This document shows positions 25,250-38,850 of a DNA stretch of 64,000 bases, piece by piece. This DNA is from Mobula hypostoma. Its lineage: Eukaryota. The stretch's first letter is position 1, and every line of letters begins with the position of its first letter. The notes under the pieces were generated by a model that saw only the letters and a list, made by a program, of their open reading frames with translations, did no database searches and was not told where the DNA came from. The stretch covers positions 29,142,001 through 29,206,000 of the forward strand of contig NC_086109.1 in the NCBI RefSeq assembly GCF_963921235.1, written 5' to 3'. The translations under genes were made by a program, and so were the position numbers.

Positions 25250-25730
25250 CCAAATCTCCGGAGGGGAAGGCCCGGAATCCTCAGCTTTGCCTTTCGCTTG
25301 GCGGCCGGGGTCAGTGTCAATGGTGCTCGGTGCTTGGTGTCGGAGGGCTGGTCGGAGGCTTGAAGTTTTCGGACGGACTCAAAGTCAGACTGTGGTGAGA
25401 TGCTTCCAGGATGCTGCATCGGCAAGTTTGCAGCGCTGGAGGCTCATGGCAGGGAGAGTTTCTTCCTTCTACCATCTGCGTGAGATGTTCGGGCTATCAG
25501 GACTTTGAGACTTTTTTTTACCGTGCCCATAGTCTGCTCTTATCAAATTATGGTATTGCTTTGCACTGTTGTAACTATATGTTATAATTATGTGGTTTTT
25601 GTCAGTTTTAGTCTTGGTCTGTCTTGTGTTTCTGTGATATCATACCGGAGAAACATTGTATCACTTTTTACTGCATGCATTTCTAAATGACAATAAACGA
25701 GGACTCAGTGTCCTCATAATCTAATCTAAA
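25250..25730 (+). mobile_element. Non-coding retroposon fragment with (AATCT)n tail
   Basis: GC/CpG-rich body. CAATAAACGAGGACTCAGTGTCCTCATAATCTAATCTAAAA end. Interrupts CR1. Confidence 0.6.
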
Positions 25731-25749
25731 AAAAAGTGAATAGATACGA

Positions 25750-26640
25750 TCCCTAGGAACATTGTCCAATAATTTCCCTAACAGTCATGTAAGATTTACC
25801 AGCCTATCATTTTCTAGTTTGATCTATTGCCCTTCTTAAACAGAGGAAAAACATCAGCTATTCTTTAGTCCACTAGGACATTGCCTGTGACTAAAGAGAA
25901 GAGAAAGATCTCTGTTAAGGCAGCAAAAACATTTTCTCTTGACTCTCTCAATAACCTGAGGATTAATCCACCACAATGTTCTTCAAGAATCCCAACACTT
26001 CCTCCTTCCTGGTATCAACATACCCCAGAATATCAGTATACTACTCCCAGATCTCAATATCTTTCATGTCTGTATCTTGGTGAATACTAATGTGGAATGC
26101 TTGCAACAAACTGGATCTAGTATCTCACTTACTTCCTCTGATTCCAAAGAGAAATAACCTCTTTTGTCCTTGACTAGTCCTACCCTCTCCTCTTTTGTCC
26201 TTGACTAGTCCTACCCTCTCACTAGTTACCCTTTTGTTTTGATGTATGTATGTAATGCCATGAAATTCTCTTTAATTTTATTCATCAAAAGCCTTTCACG
26301 GTCCTTCTCTCCTGTTTCCTTCATGATCCTCAAAAGTGCTGTTGGATTTCAGATTCCTAAACCTTTCATGTATTTTCTTTATCTTCCTGACTAAATTTGC
26401 AACATCACTCATCATTGAAGGTTCCCAAAACTTGTCATTGTTTTCTTTCTTCCTCACAGGAAAACATTTTGGGAGTTCTGACCAGTTGTCCGTTAAATGA
26501 CAGCTACACATCAGTTGTGGACTAACCCAATCGCAACCGCTCTCAATCTGTTCTCCCCAGCTCCCATTTATTTAGTCTCCTCCCAATATAGCATTTCCCT
26601 TTGAGGTTCAGTCTTATCCTAATCCATAGCTATCTAAATG
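25750..26640 (-). mobile_element. Decayed CR1 fragment
   Basis: CR1-like linker and RT sequence. Continues at 25140-25250 (LIRDRQQGFVQGKLC..FFEQV). Confidence 0.6.
26158..26219 (+). repeat. Perfect 31-bp tandem duplication
   Basis: CCTCTTTTGTCCTTGACTAGTCCTACCCTCT x2. Confidence 0.95.
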
Positions 26641-26907
26641 GTTTGCTGCTGTGTCTAGCACGAAGTGTTGGTGTTGATGCAAAAAATGTCGATTTTTCAA
26701 TTTCTAATATTAGAAACTGTTGTGAAACATTCAGGACCTGAGTCAGTGAGCAGTTAGCAAGAGATTATACAACATTACCCATGACATTGAACACAATAAT
26801 GCATCATCATATTACCATTCTTTAATATAATGGATTATAAGCAATATCATCCCAAATCACAAGAAAATTGAAGCTTCCATGACATTAAGCAACACAACAT
26901 CATACAA

Positions 26908-27167
26908 ACAACAGGAATTCTGCAGATGCTGGAAATTCAAACAACACACATCAAAGTTGCTGGTGAACGCAGCATCTGTAGGAAGAGGTACAGTCGACGT
27001 TTCAGGCCGAGACCCTTCGTCAGGACTAACTGAAGGAAGAGTTAGTAAGAGATTTGAAAGTGGGAGGGGGAGGGGAGACCCAAAATGATAGGAGAAGACA
27101 GGAGGGGGAAGGATGGAGCCAAGAGCTGGACCGGTGATTGGCAAAGGGGATATGAGAGGATCATGGG
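26908..27167 (-). mobile_element. PLE 3'-end fragment
   Basis: Reverse complement of the PLE 3' UTR. 9-bp TSD ATCATACAA at 26899-26907 and 27168-27176. Confidence 0.9.
26992..27027 (-). ncRNA. Minimal hammerhead ribozyme motif (intact copy)
   Basis: Reverse complement reads AGTC CTGACGA AGG gtctcgg CCT GAAAC GTC GACT. Confidence 0.78.
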
Positions 27168-28989
27168 ATCATACAACACCATACAATAAGGTGGAACTTC
27201 ACTGAAATATATATTTTATAGTCAAATAAAGCAATTTAACATTTATGACATCAGCACAATTTCAATGCAGTGATTTACTGATTATTTATCAATTTGCATG
27301 TAGCAGTGTCTTCACTAGAATGCAAAAATCGTTATTTACAAATATTCACAAAAGTGAGGTCCTGATTGCGTATAGCAATTTAGTACTAGTAATATTAATG
27401 GTGGTACTGTGGCATCAACTATTTAGAGAAGATTTGCATGTGACGTTTTCAAAGGGGATGTAACATCAATTGCTGATATAGCATCTTGGACTGCATTGAA
27501 ACCTGGGAATTGGAAATTAATTCTTACTTACTATCTCTATTAAAAGCAAATAATGTTCAGTCATGTTTCATTTTTACTAAGCAGTTTAAAGTACATCTCT
27601 TATGCAAGCATTGAAAATTTGTCTATCAAACAACATAAATGAAATTAGAAGAGCTAATATGTAGCTAGCACTCTTGTAAACATTATATCAGAAATATAAA
27701 GCAATATTAATCTCCTTATTCTCTTTGTATTTTATTTAAAGCATTTGGTTTAGCTTACTGAAAGCATTATTTTTATAGCTGTAGGTACTAAATATTTAAA
27801 ATGATCTATTCATATAAACAGTTTTACTGGAAGTGAGGAAAAGCTGCAAACAATAAATTTTCAGAGCTGCTGAATAAACAAATGTTTGTTCGTTGTAGTT
27901 TTGTCTCATTTTGCCTCTCTCTTCTCATGCACTGGCCTGTTTGCCAAAAGGGAGTACTTTACAGAAGCAAGTTTTGATGTTATGAGGCTTTAGTGCCTAA
28001 CATGGTACTGAAGCAGAGTCTGGGTTGATCTCCCACATCTCACACATGAGTAATCCAGTTGGAAGAGTGGTTATGGTGCTACAAGTGTTCCCAATCAACA
28101 TGATCAGCTTTGAATTTTTTAGTCTGCCTATGCAAGAATAGTTAGTCTCCCAGACCAGTCTACAGGCAGGGTTTCGGTAATATGTTCAATCTATTTAGAG
28201 AAGTGAAACTCATTAGCATTTTATTGGCAGTCTGCAGACAAAAAAAAACCCTAGAATCCTGGAGCAACCATGTTGAGAGAAATTAGACGTTTCAATGAGC
28301 TGATAATAGGAGGAAGAGTTTGGGAGCCACAGCTCTATCTGAACCTGCCCCAGAGAACTCCATTTGATAGTGCATAACAACCACATACTTCATTATGTTC
28401 CAGCACAGAATGGAAAACGGAGGTCCTGATAATAATGCGACATATTTGTCATTTTACTTGAACTGACTGTCTGACTTGGCCGGGTTCTCATGTTTCCAGA
28501 TAGGAAGTCCCTGACAAGACAGCAATAGTGGCTGAGTGGGGTAATGAGCTGTTTCAATATCCAGACCACTGCAGCAGCTAAATCTCAGTCTTCATCATCT
28601 ACCTTTGAAACACATGCCTGGATATAATAATGGGCTACAGAACGTCAATCCCAGAGCATTGTTCATTTCAGTCCCATGCAAATGAAACTTGGTTTTTGTT
28701 TCTGCAGTGAAGCGCACCACAGTCACGCCTAGTCTGATTCACATCACTCCACAGGTCCGAAGAAAGTGAGTCACAGCTAAGCTTCTGACAAAGCTTCCCT
28801 ATCAGTAGACCATCAGATGACACAATCCTCCATCTGACTCTACATGTGAGGCTTTGTCAAGGATATTAGACCATGGAGTTCTGGAAGCAGGACATTCCAG
28901 GGCAAAACTAGCTTTAAATAGCACCACATTGGGTCATGACCCTAACAAGGTTAATGCAGTCTCTTATCTTCCAACCTTTTAACCTCATA

Positions 28990-29460
28990 CTCATGGTACT
29001 GACACAAGTGTGCAGTCCTGGTCGCTGCTTTACACGAAAGATGTGGAGGCTTTGGGGAAAGTGCGGAAGAGGTTTACCAGGATGTTATCTGGATTAGAGA
29101 GTATTAGCTATAAGGATATAAAAGATAAATTGTTTTCTCCAATAACTGGAGGGTGACCAGACAAAATTGTGGGAAGGATAAATAGTAACAGATGGTCAGC
29201 CTTATTCTCAGGGTGAAATGCTAAACGTGGGAGAGCACTACTTTCATGTAAAAAGAAGAATATTTAAAGATTTACGAAATTTTTATTTTATGTGCTAGAA
29301 TGCTTGGCCCAGAGTGGCGATAGAGGCAGATACAATAGCAAAGTTTAAGAGACACGTAGACACATAAACAGAAAGGGAATGGAGGGATGCAGCCATATGA
29401 AAGCAGTTTAATGTTCAGCATTGACATCACGGGCTGAAAGCTGCCTTACTGTACTATGTA
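28990..29460 (+). mobile_element. Decayed CR1 3' fragment
   Basis: GATGTGGAGGCTTTGG..GTGCGGAAGAGGTTTACCAGGATG. End GGGCTGAAAG..CCTTACTGTACT. Confidence 0.65.
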
Positions 29461-30224
29461 CACTTACCTCTGACCCAGCTGCCCTGACCAATGTCCCTCC
29501 TAAACTCCACAGACCCCTGCCTCATAAAATCATTGACCTCATGTGTCACCGATCAAAACCCCGGTCTCCAGTATTCACTCTATCCCTTATCCGCCAATTG
29601 GCACCAATCTGCAGCCAGCTCCACAGCTCCACTGCATCCCACCCTGACCCCCATCAAGCCCCCAGCCACCAGACCTCTCTCACCCTTGTCTCTCTGGGCC
29701 CAGCATCAACGTTTTGCCCTCTTCACACTGCAGCTGTTTGGCAAGCATATAACCCAAATGGTGCAATGCAATAACTAAATGCCTTGCCTTTGATGGTACA
29801 GCACAATTCCTAATACTGAAAGGTTGCTATTTCCCATTGATCCAGATGGCAGCATGAGTCACTCCTTTTAAGGGAAAAATGGAGAGTAAATAACAGGTGA
29901 AACCATATGCAGCAGCTGAAAACACAGTTGACTGGTGATGAGGAAGCTATGAGACCCATATGTTTTTTCCTTTTCCTGATGTGTCAAATATCTATTAGTA
30001 TAGCTCACAGAATAGACAAACCACACATTATCTGAATGCTGAAATCATCTATTGCTGTTTTGCTTGTTGAAATGCTGTAACCTGTTACTGCTATTATTCT
30101 ATAGCTTTATTGAGCATGCCCATAAGAAAATAAATCACAGGGTTGTATCTGGTGACATACATGTACTTTGAACTTTGAATTTTGAACTTTGAAATGTCGT
30201 ATATCACCTGGAAAGAGCAAACTT

Positions 30225-30610
30225 ACTTCCTGGTCGTTACACCACTACCACTTAGGGCTGCAATGAAAGTTCTCCATCTCTGGCAGTGTTCAGGGCCTTC
30301 TCACAGTTTTCACTACTATCGGTCATGCAAGTCCCAGGTTGAGACTCAGGAATACCATCACATTCTGATGGAGAAGGATTCTTCATTGCTGCTTCCATGG
30401 CAGTTTTGTTTTACCAGTCAAGGTTGTTAGCCCTGAGCTGAACCCCGGAAACCGGAGGACTGGTGGACCACTCTTAGCCTGTCCTCTACCCTTTGACCTG
30501 TTTGGCGTGGGTGATCCTACCAAGAGCCAAAGTATAAAGCCCTGACTCCAGCCAGCATAGCTCTCCGGGTCATTGAGGGATGCAAGCCTCCAAAGCCAAG
30601 GACAAGTTTC
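30225..30610 (-). mobile_element. RTE/Expander-like non-autonomous element (5' UTR-derived)
   Basis: Reverse complement GGAGGCTTGCATCCCTCAATGACCCGGAGAGCTATGCTGG..GGTAGG..CAAACAGGTC..GGGCTAACAACC resembles RTE/Expander 5' UTRs (from memory). Confidence 0.55.
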
Positions 30611-30937
30611 TGGTCCTCTTGGAGGAAAGAACATACTGCTGGGAGAATTCAGTGGATTAGACAGCACCTGTGGAGCAGTGGAATCTGCAGAGCAGAAGCA
30701 GTGAAAGAAGGACTCACAATTCTCTTGTCGAAGAGGCATCCACAGCATCTGCAGTCCGCTTTTTCTCCTGCAGATTATAGCATCTGTGGTCTCTCATATA
30801 TCATCCATGTCCTCAGATATCATTATCTGGTTTGTGGAATAAGATATCATAATCAGGTTTAATATCACCAGCATACGTTGTGTAATATATTAACTTTGCG
30901 GCAGATACTATATCTACTATAACTAAAATTATGAACT

Positions 30938-32673
30938 CGTCGTCGTCGTGGCTATCCCTCGAGGTCGAGGATGATGCTTTTCGTTCTGCTGATCTACTTA
31001 TGGGCTCTCAAGTGGCTTATGAGTCCAATCTTGGCTTTGAAAGTTCTTCCGCATTCAAGACAAATAGTTCCAGATGGCAGACTGGGCTTTGGTTGTTGCT
31101 GCCTCTCTTTCCATTTTCTTCTCTTTTCTTCTAATTCTGCACATCTGTTGGCTTCGAAAGTTGCTGTTCCTTCTTGGATGATGGATTGCCAGAGTTTCCT
31201 GTACTTGGCATTGGTTTCCCAATTGTTGATGTCGACGTTACATTTCTTCATGTTGGCTTTTAAGACGCCTTTGAATTTCTTCTGTTGTCCATCTCTTTTA
31301 CGTTTGCCTTCTTTAAGCTGGGAGTAGAAGAATTGTTTCAGCAGATGTTCGTCTTTCATCTGAACAACACGGCCGCTCCACCTTAGTTGGTTCTTGATGA
31401 CGTAGGCTTCAATGCTTGTTGTTTTTGCTTCATTTAGCACACTGACGTTGTTTCTTCTATCTTCCCAGCTGATATTTAAGATGTTTTGAAGACGACGTTG
31501 ATGGAACTTTTCAAGTGCTTTCAGATGTCGTCGGTATGTTGTCCAGGTTTCTGATGCATACAGGAGCTTTGGGATTACCACTGCTTTGTACACTAACTTT
31601 TTGGTGTCTGTTCGGATATCACAATCATGAAAGACTCTTGTTCGGAGACGTCCAAAAGCTTTTCCAGCGCATTTAAGACGATGTTGCATCTCGTCATTAA
31701 GATCGACATTGGAGGAAAGGTGACTTCCAAGATACGGAAAGTGGTCCACGTTTTCCAGGGTTGTTTCACCAAGTTGAATTGATGGTTCTATCCGATTTGT
31801 CTCAACTGGTGATGGTTGATAGATGATCTGAGTCTTCTTGGAATTGATGGTACGTTCAAGTTTCGTGTATGCACGGTTCAAGGCAGTCAGAATCTGTTGT
31901 AGGTGGTTTTCTGAAAGAGCTGCAACACTGTTGTCATCTGCGTATTGGAACTCGATGAGGAAACTCGTGGATGTCTTCGTTTTGGATTTGAGACAGGCAA
32001 GATTGAAAAGTCTGCCATCTGTTCTGTAGACAATTTCGATTCCTGGAGGTAGGTTGTCCTCGATAATGTGAATAATTGTCGCAATGAAGATGGTGAACTA
32101 AGTTGGGGCAATCACGCATCCCTGTTTTACTCCTGATCTAATTTGAAAAGACTCACAGTTACTGTTGCTGACCATGACTGTGGCAAGCATGCCATCGTGG
32201 AGGAGTCTCAGGATTCGAATGTACTTTTCAGCGTATCCATAGGTAGATAGGACATCCCAGAGGATTTCCCTTGATACTGAGTCAAAGGCTTTGGTGAGGT
32301 CAATGGATGCCATGTACAAAGGTTAAAGTTGTTCACGTCATTTTTCTTGCAGTTGTCGCATTGTGAAGATCATGTCCATTACTCCACGTGATGGTCTAAA
32401 ACCAGCTTGTGTCTCCGGAAGGATCTTCTCAGCTAAAGGCTTGAGCCAGTTGTTCATGATGCAGGTGAGGATCTTTCCTGCTGTTGCTAACAGGGAAATT
32501 CCACGATAATTTCCACATTTGGATCGATCGCCTTTCCTTTTGTAGATGGTAATGATTGCTGAGTTGCTAAAGTCTGCTGGTACGTCTTCATTTATCCAGA
32601 TCTTGATGAGAAGTTGACGCAGTTGACAATGAAGCGGGTTACCTCCAATTTTGTAGACCTCGGTTGGTATTCC
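30938..32673 (-). mobile_element. RTE-clade LINE, 5'-truncated, frameshifted RT with C-terminal C2H2 finger
   Basis: NYRGISLL, ILPETQAGFR, IDLTKAFD, GVKQGCVIAPT, QYADD, YLGS, LRWSG, C..CGRTF...GLISHLRAH. (GAC)n tail. TSD ATTATGAACT (30928-37) / ATTGTGAACT (32674-83). Confidence 0.92.
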
Positions 32674-33020
32674 ATTGTGAACTACAACAAGTATATATAT
32701 GTATATCAAATAGTTAAATCAAATAAGTAATGCAAAAACATTCTTGAAAAAAGTAGTGAGGTGGTGTTCGTGGATCGATGTCCATTCAGAAATCGGATGA
32801 TAGGGGAAAAGAAACTGTTCCTAAGTCACTGAATGTGTGCCTTCAGGCTTCTGTATCTTCTTCCGGATGATAACAGTGAAAAGAAGGCATGTTCTGGGTG
32901 GTGAGGGTCCTTAATGATGGACACTGCCTTTTTGAAGCACCCCTCCTTGAAAATGTCTTGGATACTATGGAGGCTAGTACTCATGATGGAGCTGACTAAT
33001 TTTAGCACTTTCTGCAAGAA
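32674..33020 (-). mobile_element. Rex1/Babar-like 3' fragment split by the RTE insertion (other part ~30850-30937)
   Basis: SIQDIFKEGCFKKAVSIIKDPHHP.H.FFSLLSSGRRYRSLK. Confidence 0.75.
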
Positions 33021-33164
33021 TATGGAGATTAAGTAAAAATAGACTGAAGATTTCAAATTTTACTGTGATTGTGACACAGGCTAATAACAACAACCATTGA
33101 AATCCACCATGTAGAATGTAAATGTACCTTTAATGACTGAGAATACAAGGTAATTTGAACAGAT

Positions 33165-33415
33165 CGGTGTCACTTCCTGCCACTGTCTGTAAGGAGTTTG
33201 TCCGCTCTCCCCGTGACTGTTGATTCCTCCCACATTTCAAAGGCATACAGATTAAGGTGAGTAAGGTGTGGGCATGTTATGTTGGCACCAGAAGTGTGGT
33301 GATACTTGTGGGCTGCCCCCAAAACAATCCTCACTGATTTGATGTGACAGCACATTTCCCTGAATGCTTCAATGCTTTGATGTACTGTACATGTGACAAA
33401 ATAATGCTAATCTTT
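33165..33415 (+). mobile_element. V-SINE-like SINE fragment
   Basis: CTGTCTGTAAGGAGTTTG..CTCCCCGTGAC..CCTCCCACAT. Confidence 0.65.
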
Positions 33416-34049
33416 TTAAAGTATATTATTGTGCCAGTTAATTGAAAATCAATTATTTACTGTGAGGGATGGGAGCTGTGTTCACCTTGATTTTCGTTTG
33501 ATGGTATGGTTGAATGACAATGAGTTTGAACTTGAACTTAGCTCCACCAATGTAAATTGCAGCAGCTGTAAAGAGCCAACAATGCAAAAACCTACAACAA
33601 AATGCAGTGCTTAAACAGCAGCCTCTCCCACCCTGTACTCCACTCAAAATGTACATTCAAATGCTGCCACTCCTGTGAAAACCAGCATTCATTCCTTCCC
33701 AACATGTGACAATAGTTTCACATTAATAAGCTTAAAAGCCAAACCAGGTTTGACAGTTGCACGGAAACGTAGGCAGAAACTACACATATGGTTTCAAGAA
33801 GACATTATCTAATAGGCAATGGGCAGATTAAAGCAATGACACAACAAATGAGCTTTCAGTAAAAGCAGGAAGTTTTTCCCTCAGGAAATAAATCCTAGAC
33901 ATTGGGTAGTGTAAGAATGTGTGAGTCTCATTAAATGTGGTTTGTATGAGTATTGTTTCACTATTTTTAAAACAGCTTGCTTACCATAGTTTTTTTATGT
34001 TATCGTTTTTAAAAATTTAATTTTACCATGTAGTTTTTTATATATTTCA

Positions 34050-35300
34050 GGAAGATGCTTGAAGGCTGCATGCTTAGCCCCCTGCGCTATTCTCTGTACA
34101 TACATGACTGTTTGGCTAAGCAGAACTCCAATGCCATCGTCAAATTTGCAAATGACATGTCTATTAAATGAATCACAGGTGGCAATGAGTCAGCTTACCA
34201 GAATGAGATGGGTCATGTCGATGAGTGTACTTCAAAAACTATATCAGCTCAACTAAAGAGATAATTGTTGACTTCAGAAAGGGGAAGAAGCATGTGGAAG
34301 TCTACAATGAAGGATCGGTGGTGGAGAAAGTCAGCAGCTTTAAATTCTTGGGTGTCAATATATCAGATGACTTGTCCTGGGCCCAGCATATGGATGCAAT
34401 TATAATGAAAGCATGCCAGTGTCTTTACATTTTTAAGAGGTTAAGGAGGTTCGATTTGTCACTGAACACTCTAACAAACTTATACAGATGTACTGTTCAA
34501 AGTGTCCTGAATGGTTACATCATGGTCAATATGCAGGAATGCACCATTATTAAGGACCCTCATCCAGGACGTGACCTGTTCTCATTGTGGGGGAGCTGGT
34601 GGGATCCGAAGACACATGCTCAATGTTTTGGGAATTGCTTCTTGCCCTCCACAAACAGATTTCTGAATGAACCATGAACCGATAGACACTACCTCATGTC
34701 TTGCCCTCCTTTGGCACTACTTATTTTCTTCATATCCTCTATTGTAATTTGTAGTAATTTACTGTACCACTGCCGCAAAACAACAAATTTCATGGCACAA
34801 GGTAGTGATAATAAACGTGATTCTGATTCTGATTCTGTGAGGAGCTGTAGAGTTGTGAACTCTGCCCTATACATTACGGGCAGATACAGTTCCTCCCCAC
34901 CATTGGCTATATCTGGAAGAGGTTCTGTCTCAAGAAGGCAACATCAATCATCAAAGTCCCCACCATCCAATGGTGACTACCATTAGGCAGGAGGTTCAGA
35001 GGTACAGAGAGTCCCACACCACCAGGCTCAAAAAGAGCTACTTCCCTTCAACTATTCACTTCTTGAACCAAATGGCTAAACCCTAATCACTACAATTTAG
35101 AGACCACTTTGCACTGAAATCGACATTTCTTTTTCTAATTTTATTTTTTTTCTAAAAATGGTATATAGTTTATGATTAATTTATGTTTTTCTTGTGAATG
35201 CTGCTAATATAATGTTATGCATTCGTGATGCTACTGTAGTTTTACATTTGCACCTGTACGTACATGTACATATGAAATAAACTTGACTTTGACTTTGAAG
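34050..35300 (+). mobile_element. Decayed Rex1/Babar-like fragments
   Basis: TKEIIVDFRK, VSSFKFLGVNISDDLSW, LYRCTVQS. (GATTCT)n and (GACTTT)n tails. Confidence 0.8.
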
Positions 35301-35739
35301 GCAATAACAGGCCTCTATACGCCTTTCATCTCAATGCTTTTGAGTTGGCTAGTACTAACAATACATTGATTTCAACAAAAAATGCAATTCATGCATAAAA
35401 TTCTGATGATTATCTGAGGGTCAGACATCAATTTTCTCCCATGAGAGTTCAGCAAAGAATACTCTGTTTCTGACAGCCCCTTGGCTTCAAGTTCAACTTC
35501 ATTCCAAATAGTGGCTACTGAGGATACTGATGAGTTCAATGTGGGAACCTCAGACTGAACCACAAATGGGGTAGCAGATACCTGATGGGAAGATAGGTGG
35601 ATAGGTTGTAAGGAGCAGGGCCCCTCCCACTGTTACATTAGGCTTCCGAGTGCTTGCAAGAAATGGACTTAGGCTTCTCAACAGTACCGTGTAAGAACAG
35701 GCCCTTCCTTCAGCCCACAGTATCAGTGCCAAACAATTG

Positions 35740-36530
35740 ATAAATTAGTATATTATAGTCACTTGTACCAGAGTAGAGGGTAAAACTTTTCTTGCATACA
35801 GTTCATACTGATCAATTAATTACAACAGTGTGTTGTGGTTGTACAAGTTAAAGCAATAATTGAATGCAGAATAAAGTGCTATAGTTACAGAGAAAGTGCA
35901 GTGCGGGTGGACAATGAGACTCAAGGTCATAATGAAGTAGATTTGTGAGATCAAGAGTCCATCTTATTGGGTTTTGTTCAATTGTCTTATAAAAGCGGGA
36001 TAGAAGCTGTCCCTGAGACTGGTGGTGTGTGCTTTCAGGCGTTTGTATCTTTTATTCCAGTGGGAGTGGGGAGAAGAGAGAATGTCAGGTGGGGATGGGG
36101 TCTTTGATTTCATTGGCTGCTTTACCAAGGTAGCAAGAATTGTATGCAGTCCATGGAGGGCAGGTTGGTTTCTGTGATGTGCTGAGCTCTGTCCACACAT
36201 CTCTGCAGTTTCTTGCAGTCACATGCAGAGCAGACCATACCAGGCAATTATTTATTTAGAAAGGATGCTTTCTATGGTGCATCAATAGAAATTGCTGAGA
36301 GTCAAAGAGGTCATGGCAAATTTCTTTGGTCTCCCAAGGAAGTAGAGGTGCAAGTGAGCTTCCTTACCTGTGGATCAAGACAGGCTAGTGGTGAGATTCA
36401 CTCCTTGAAACCTAATGCTTAAAATTCTCTTGACCCCAGCTCCTTTTATGTAAAGAGGAACATGCGTATCCTCTTCCTTGAAGCGAATAACCAGATCTTT
36501 TACTTTGCTGATATTGAGGGAAAGGTAGTT
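35740..36530 (-). mobile_element. Decayed Rex1/Babar-like fragment
   Basis: KRYKRLKAHTTSLRDSFYPA.IR.LN and upstream RT-like sequence. Confidence 0.7.
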
Positions 36531-36849
36531 ATCATGACAATAACCTTAGGTCCAACACCACCAGGTTCAGGAACAGTTATTACCCTTTAAACATCAGGCT
36601 CCTGAACCAGTGTGGATAAAATCGTTCACCTCAAAACTGAGTTGATTCCACAGTTTGTCTTCTTTTGTATATTGATTGTTTAGCAGTCTTTGTTTTTGTG
36701 TAGTTTCTCATTGATTATATTGTAGTCCTTTGTTTCTGTAAATGCCTGCAAGAAAATGAATCTCAGAGTCATATATACATACTTTGATAATACATTTACT
36801 TTGAACTTTGAACCATGTTACTTTCCCATAAATGCAATGCCAAGCTAAA

Positions 36850-37225
36850 TTTATCGATTTTTCCTTCTGGTGAAAAAGGATTTCCCTTCCGCATTCCTCT
36901 TCTTCTATTCTCAACTCTGGCCTCTTACCTCTTCTCACTTGTCTCTCACCTAGTCCCTTATTCCTTCCTTTTCTCCTTTGGTCCACTCTACCCTCCTAGG
37001 AGATTGCTGCCTCTTCAGCCCTTTTATTATTCCTGACCACTTGGCTTCACCTGTCACCATCGAGCTGCCCTCCATCCCCTCTCCTCACCTTTTTATTCTG
37101 CCATCTTCCTCCTTCCTTTCCAGTCCCAAGGAAGGGTCTCAGCACAAAATGTCGACTGCTTATTCAATTCCATAGATGCTGCCTAACCTCCTGAGTTCCT
37201 CCAGCATCTTGTGTGTGTTGCTCTA
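36850..37225 (+). mobile_element. Older PLE 3' UTR fragment with decayed hammerhead
   Basis: Pyrimidine-rich UTR, then CAGTCCCAAGGAAGGGTCTCAGCACAAAATGTCGACTG and the standard tail. Confidence 0.75.
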
Positions 37226-37926
37226 AATTTCTTCTGCCTGCACGTAATCCATATTACTCCATTGCCTGAGCATTTGTCTCTCTAAAAGCCTCTGAAACAC
37301 TACTAATGTGTCTGCTTCTACCACTCTGATTGTCTGTTCCAGGCACCCACCACTCTGTGGCCTCACACAACCCCTTTTAACTTAACCACTCTATTTTCAA
37401 TGCAAGTTCCTTGGTGTTTAACATTTCTACCCCGAGGAACAGATTCCAACTGTCTACTCTATCTATGCCTCTTATAACTTTGTAAACTGATCAGATCTCC
37501 CCTCAGCTTTCAATGCTCCAGAGAGAACAGACCAGGTTTATAATTTATACCTCTCTAGATAGCATCCTGAAAAACCTCTTCTGTACCCCTTCCAAAACCT
37601 ATAATTGGCTGACCAGAACTACACATAATTATAAAACTTCACTAACTCCATAGGGGCTACCCATGCAATGCCAGATCTGCTGATTCTGGAATATGGTGCA
37701 TTGCCTTATTGTCATCTCCTACCTATTGACCTCACTCAGTGTGGTCTTGTCAGAGCATCCGCCTTCCAGAGCTATGATAACAGAGGAGTGCTCAGTTCTG
37801 TTTTTGTTCTTGAGGCTGTTGACATTCCGGATCTCAAACTACCCAATGTGGCATGGAAGCTTCCCATATGAGGTGTCAAGTTCGAGTTCAAGTTTCATCA
37901 TCATTTAGCCATGTACATGAATAAGC

Positions 37927-38090
37927 CGGCTGGTGGTGTAGGTTCATCAGCAGCATACTTCGAGGCCAATGGTCCCTTGCACACTTTTCATCCACATTCG
38001 ATTGAGCATCAAGTTAGCAACTTGGCCTCGTAAAAAATAGATAAATGCTAAGGAAATGGCAAAACCCAATGTGCCAGAGGGCATGAAAAG
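37927..38090 (+). mobile_element. SINE with the same tRNA-like head but a different tail
   Basis: CGGCTGGTGGTGTAGGTTCATCAGCAGCATACTTCGAGGC..GGTCCC. 8-bp TSD GAATAAGC at 37919-26 and 38091-98. Confidence 0.65.
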
Positions 38091-38364
38091 GAATAAGCAT
38101 TCCTCCGTGGTCAAACTGAGAAAAACAGTACCAACAGCACACAGCAAATATAGCACATATAGTTTACAAAAGCAGAAAAAAACAGAGTCAGAAAAAAATA
38201 TATAGCCCAAGTCCTGAGTATCATAGCCTTTAGACTGATGGTGCATGGGATGTCCTGGAGCCATGTTTCTGCAAGGGGTCCTAATCAGTGCAGCCACAGA
38301 TCCAGCTTGTCTTTAACCAGCTGAGGCAGAAAACTTCGTGAGAAGATATATCTACATAATAATG

Positions 38365-38850
38365 CACACAAAATGCTGGAGGAACTCAGAAGGCCAATGT
38401 TTCAGGCCAATGCCCTTCAGCAGGACTGGAAAAAATGAGAAGTCAGAGTAAGAAGGTGGGGAAGGGGAAGAGAGGAAGAAATACAAGGTAGTAGGTGATA
38501 GATGAAACCGGGAGAGGGGATGGGGTGAAGTAAAGAGCTGGGAAGTTGATTGATGAAAGAGATAAAAGGTTGGAGAAGGAGGATTTTGATAGGAGTGGGC
38601 AGAAAACCATGGAAGAAAGGGAAGTGAAGGAGCACCAGAGGGAGGTAATGGGCAGGCAAGGAGACAAGGTGAGAGAGGGAAATGGGAATGGGGAATGGTG
38701 AAGGAGGGGATAGCAATTACTAGAAGGTTAAGAAATCGATGTTCACTCCATCAGGTTGGAGGATACCCAGATGGAATATAAGGTGTTGCTCCTCCAACCT
38801 GAGTGTGACCTCATTGAAGCAGTAGAGGAGGCCATGGACTGACATGTTGA
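38365..38850 (-). mobile_element. Older PLE 3' fragment
   Basis: Reverse complement encodes RLEEQHLIFHLGILQPDGVNIDF, followed by UTR and tail. Confidence 0.8.
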
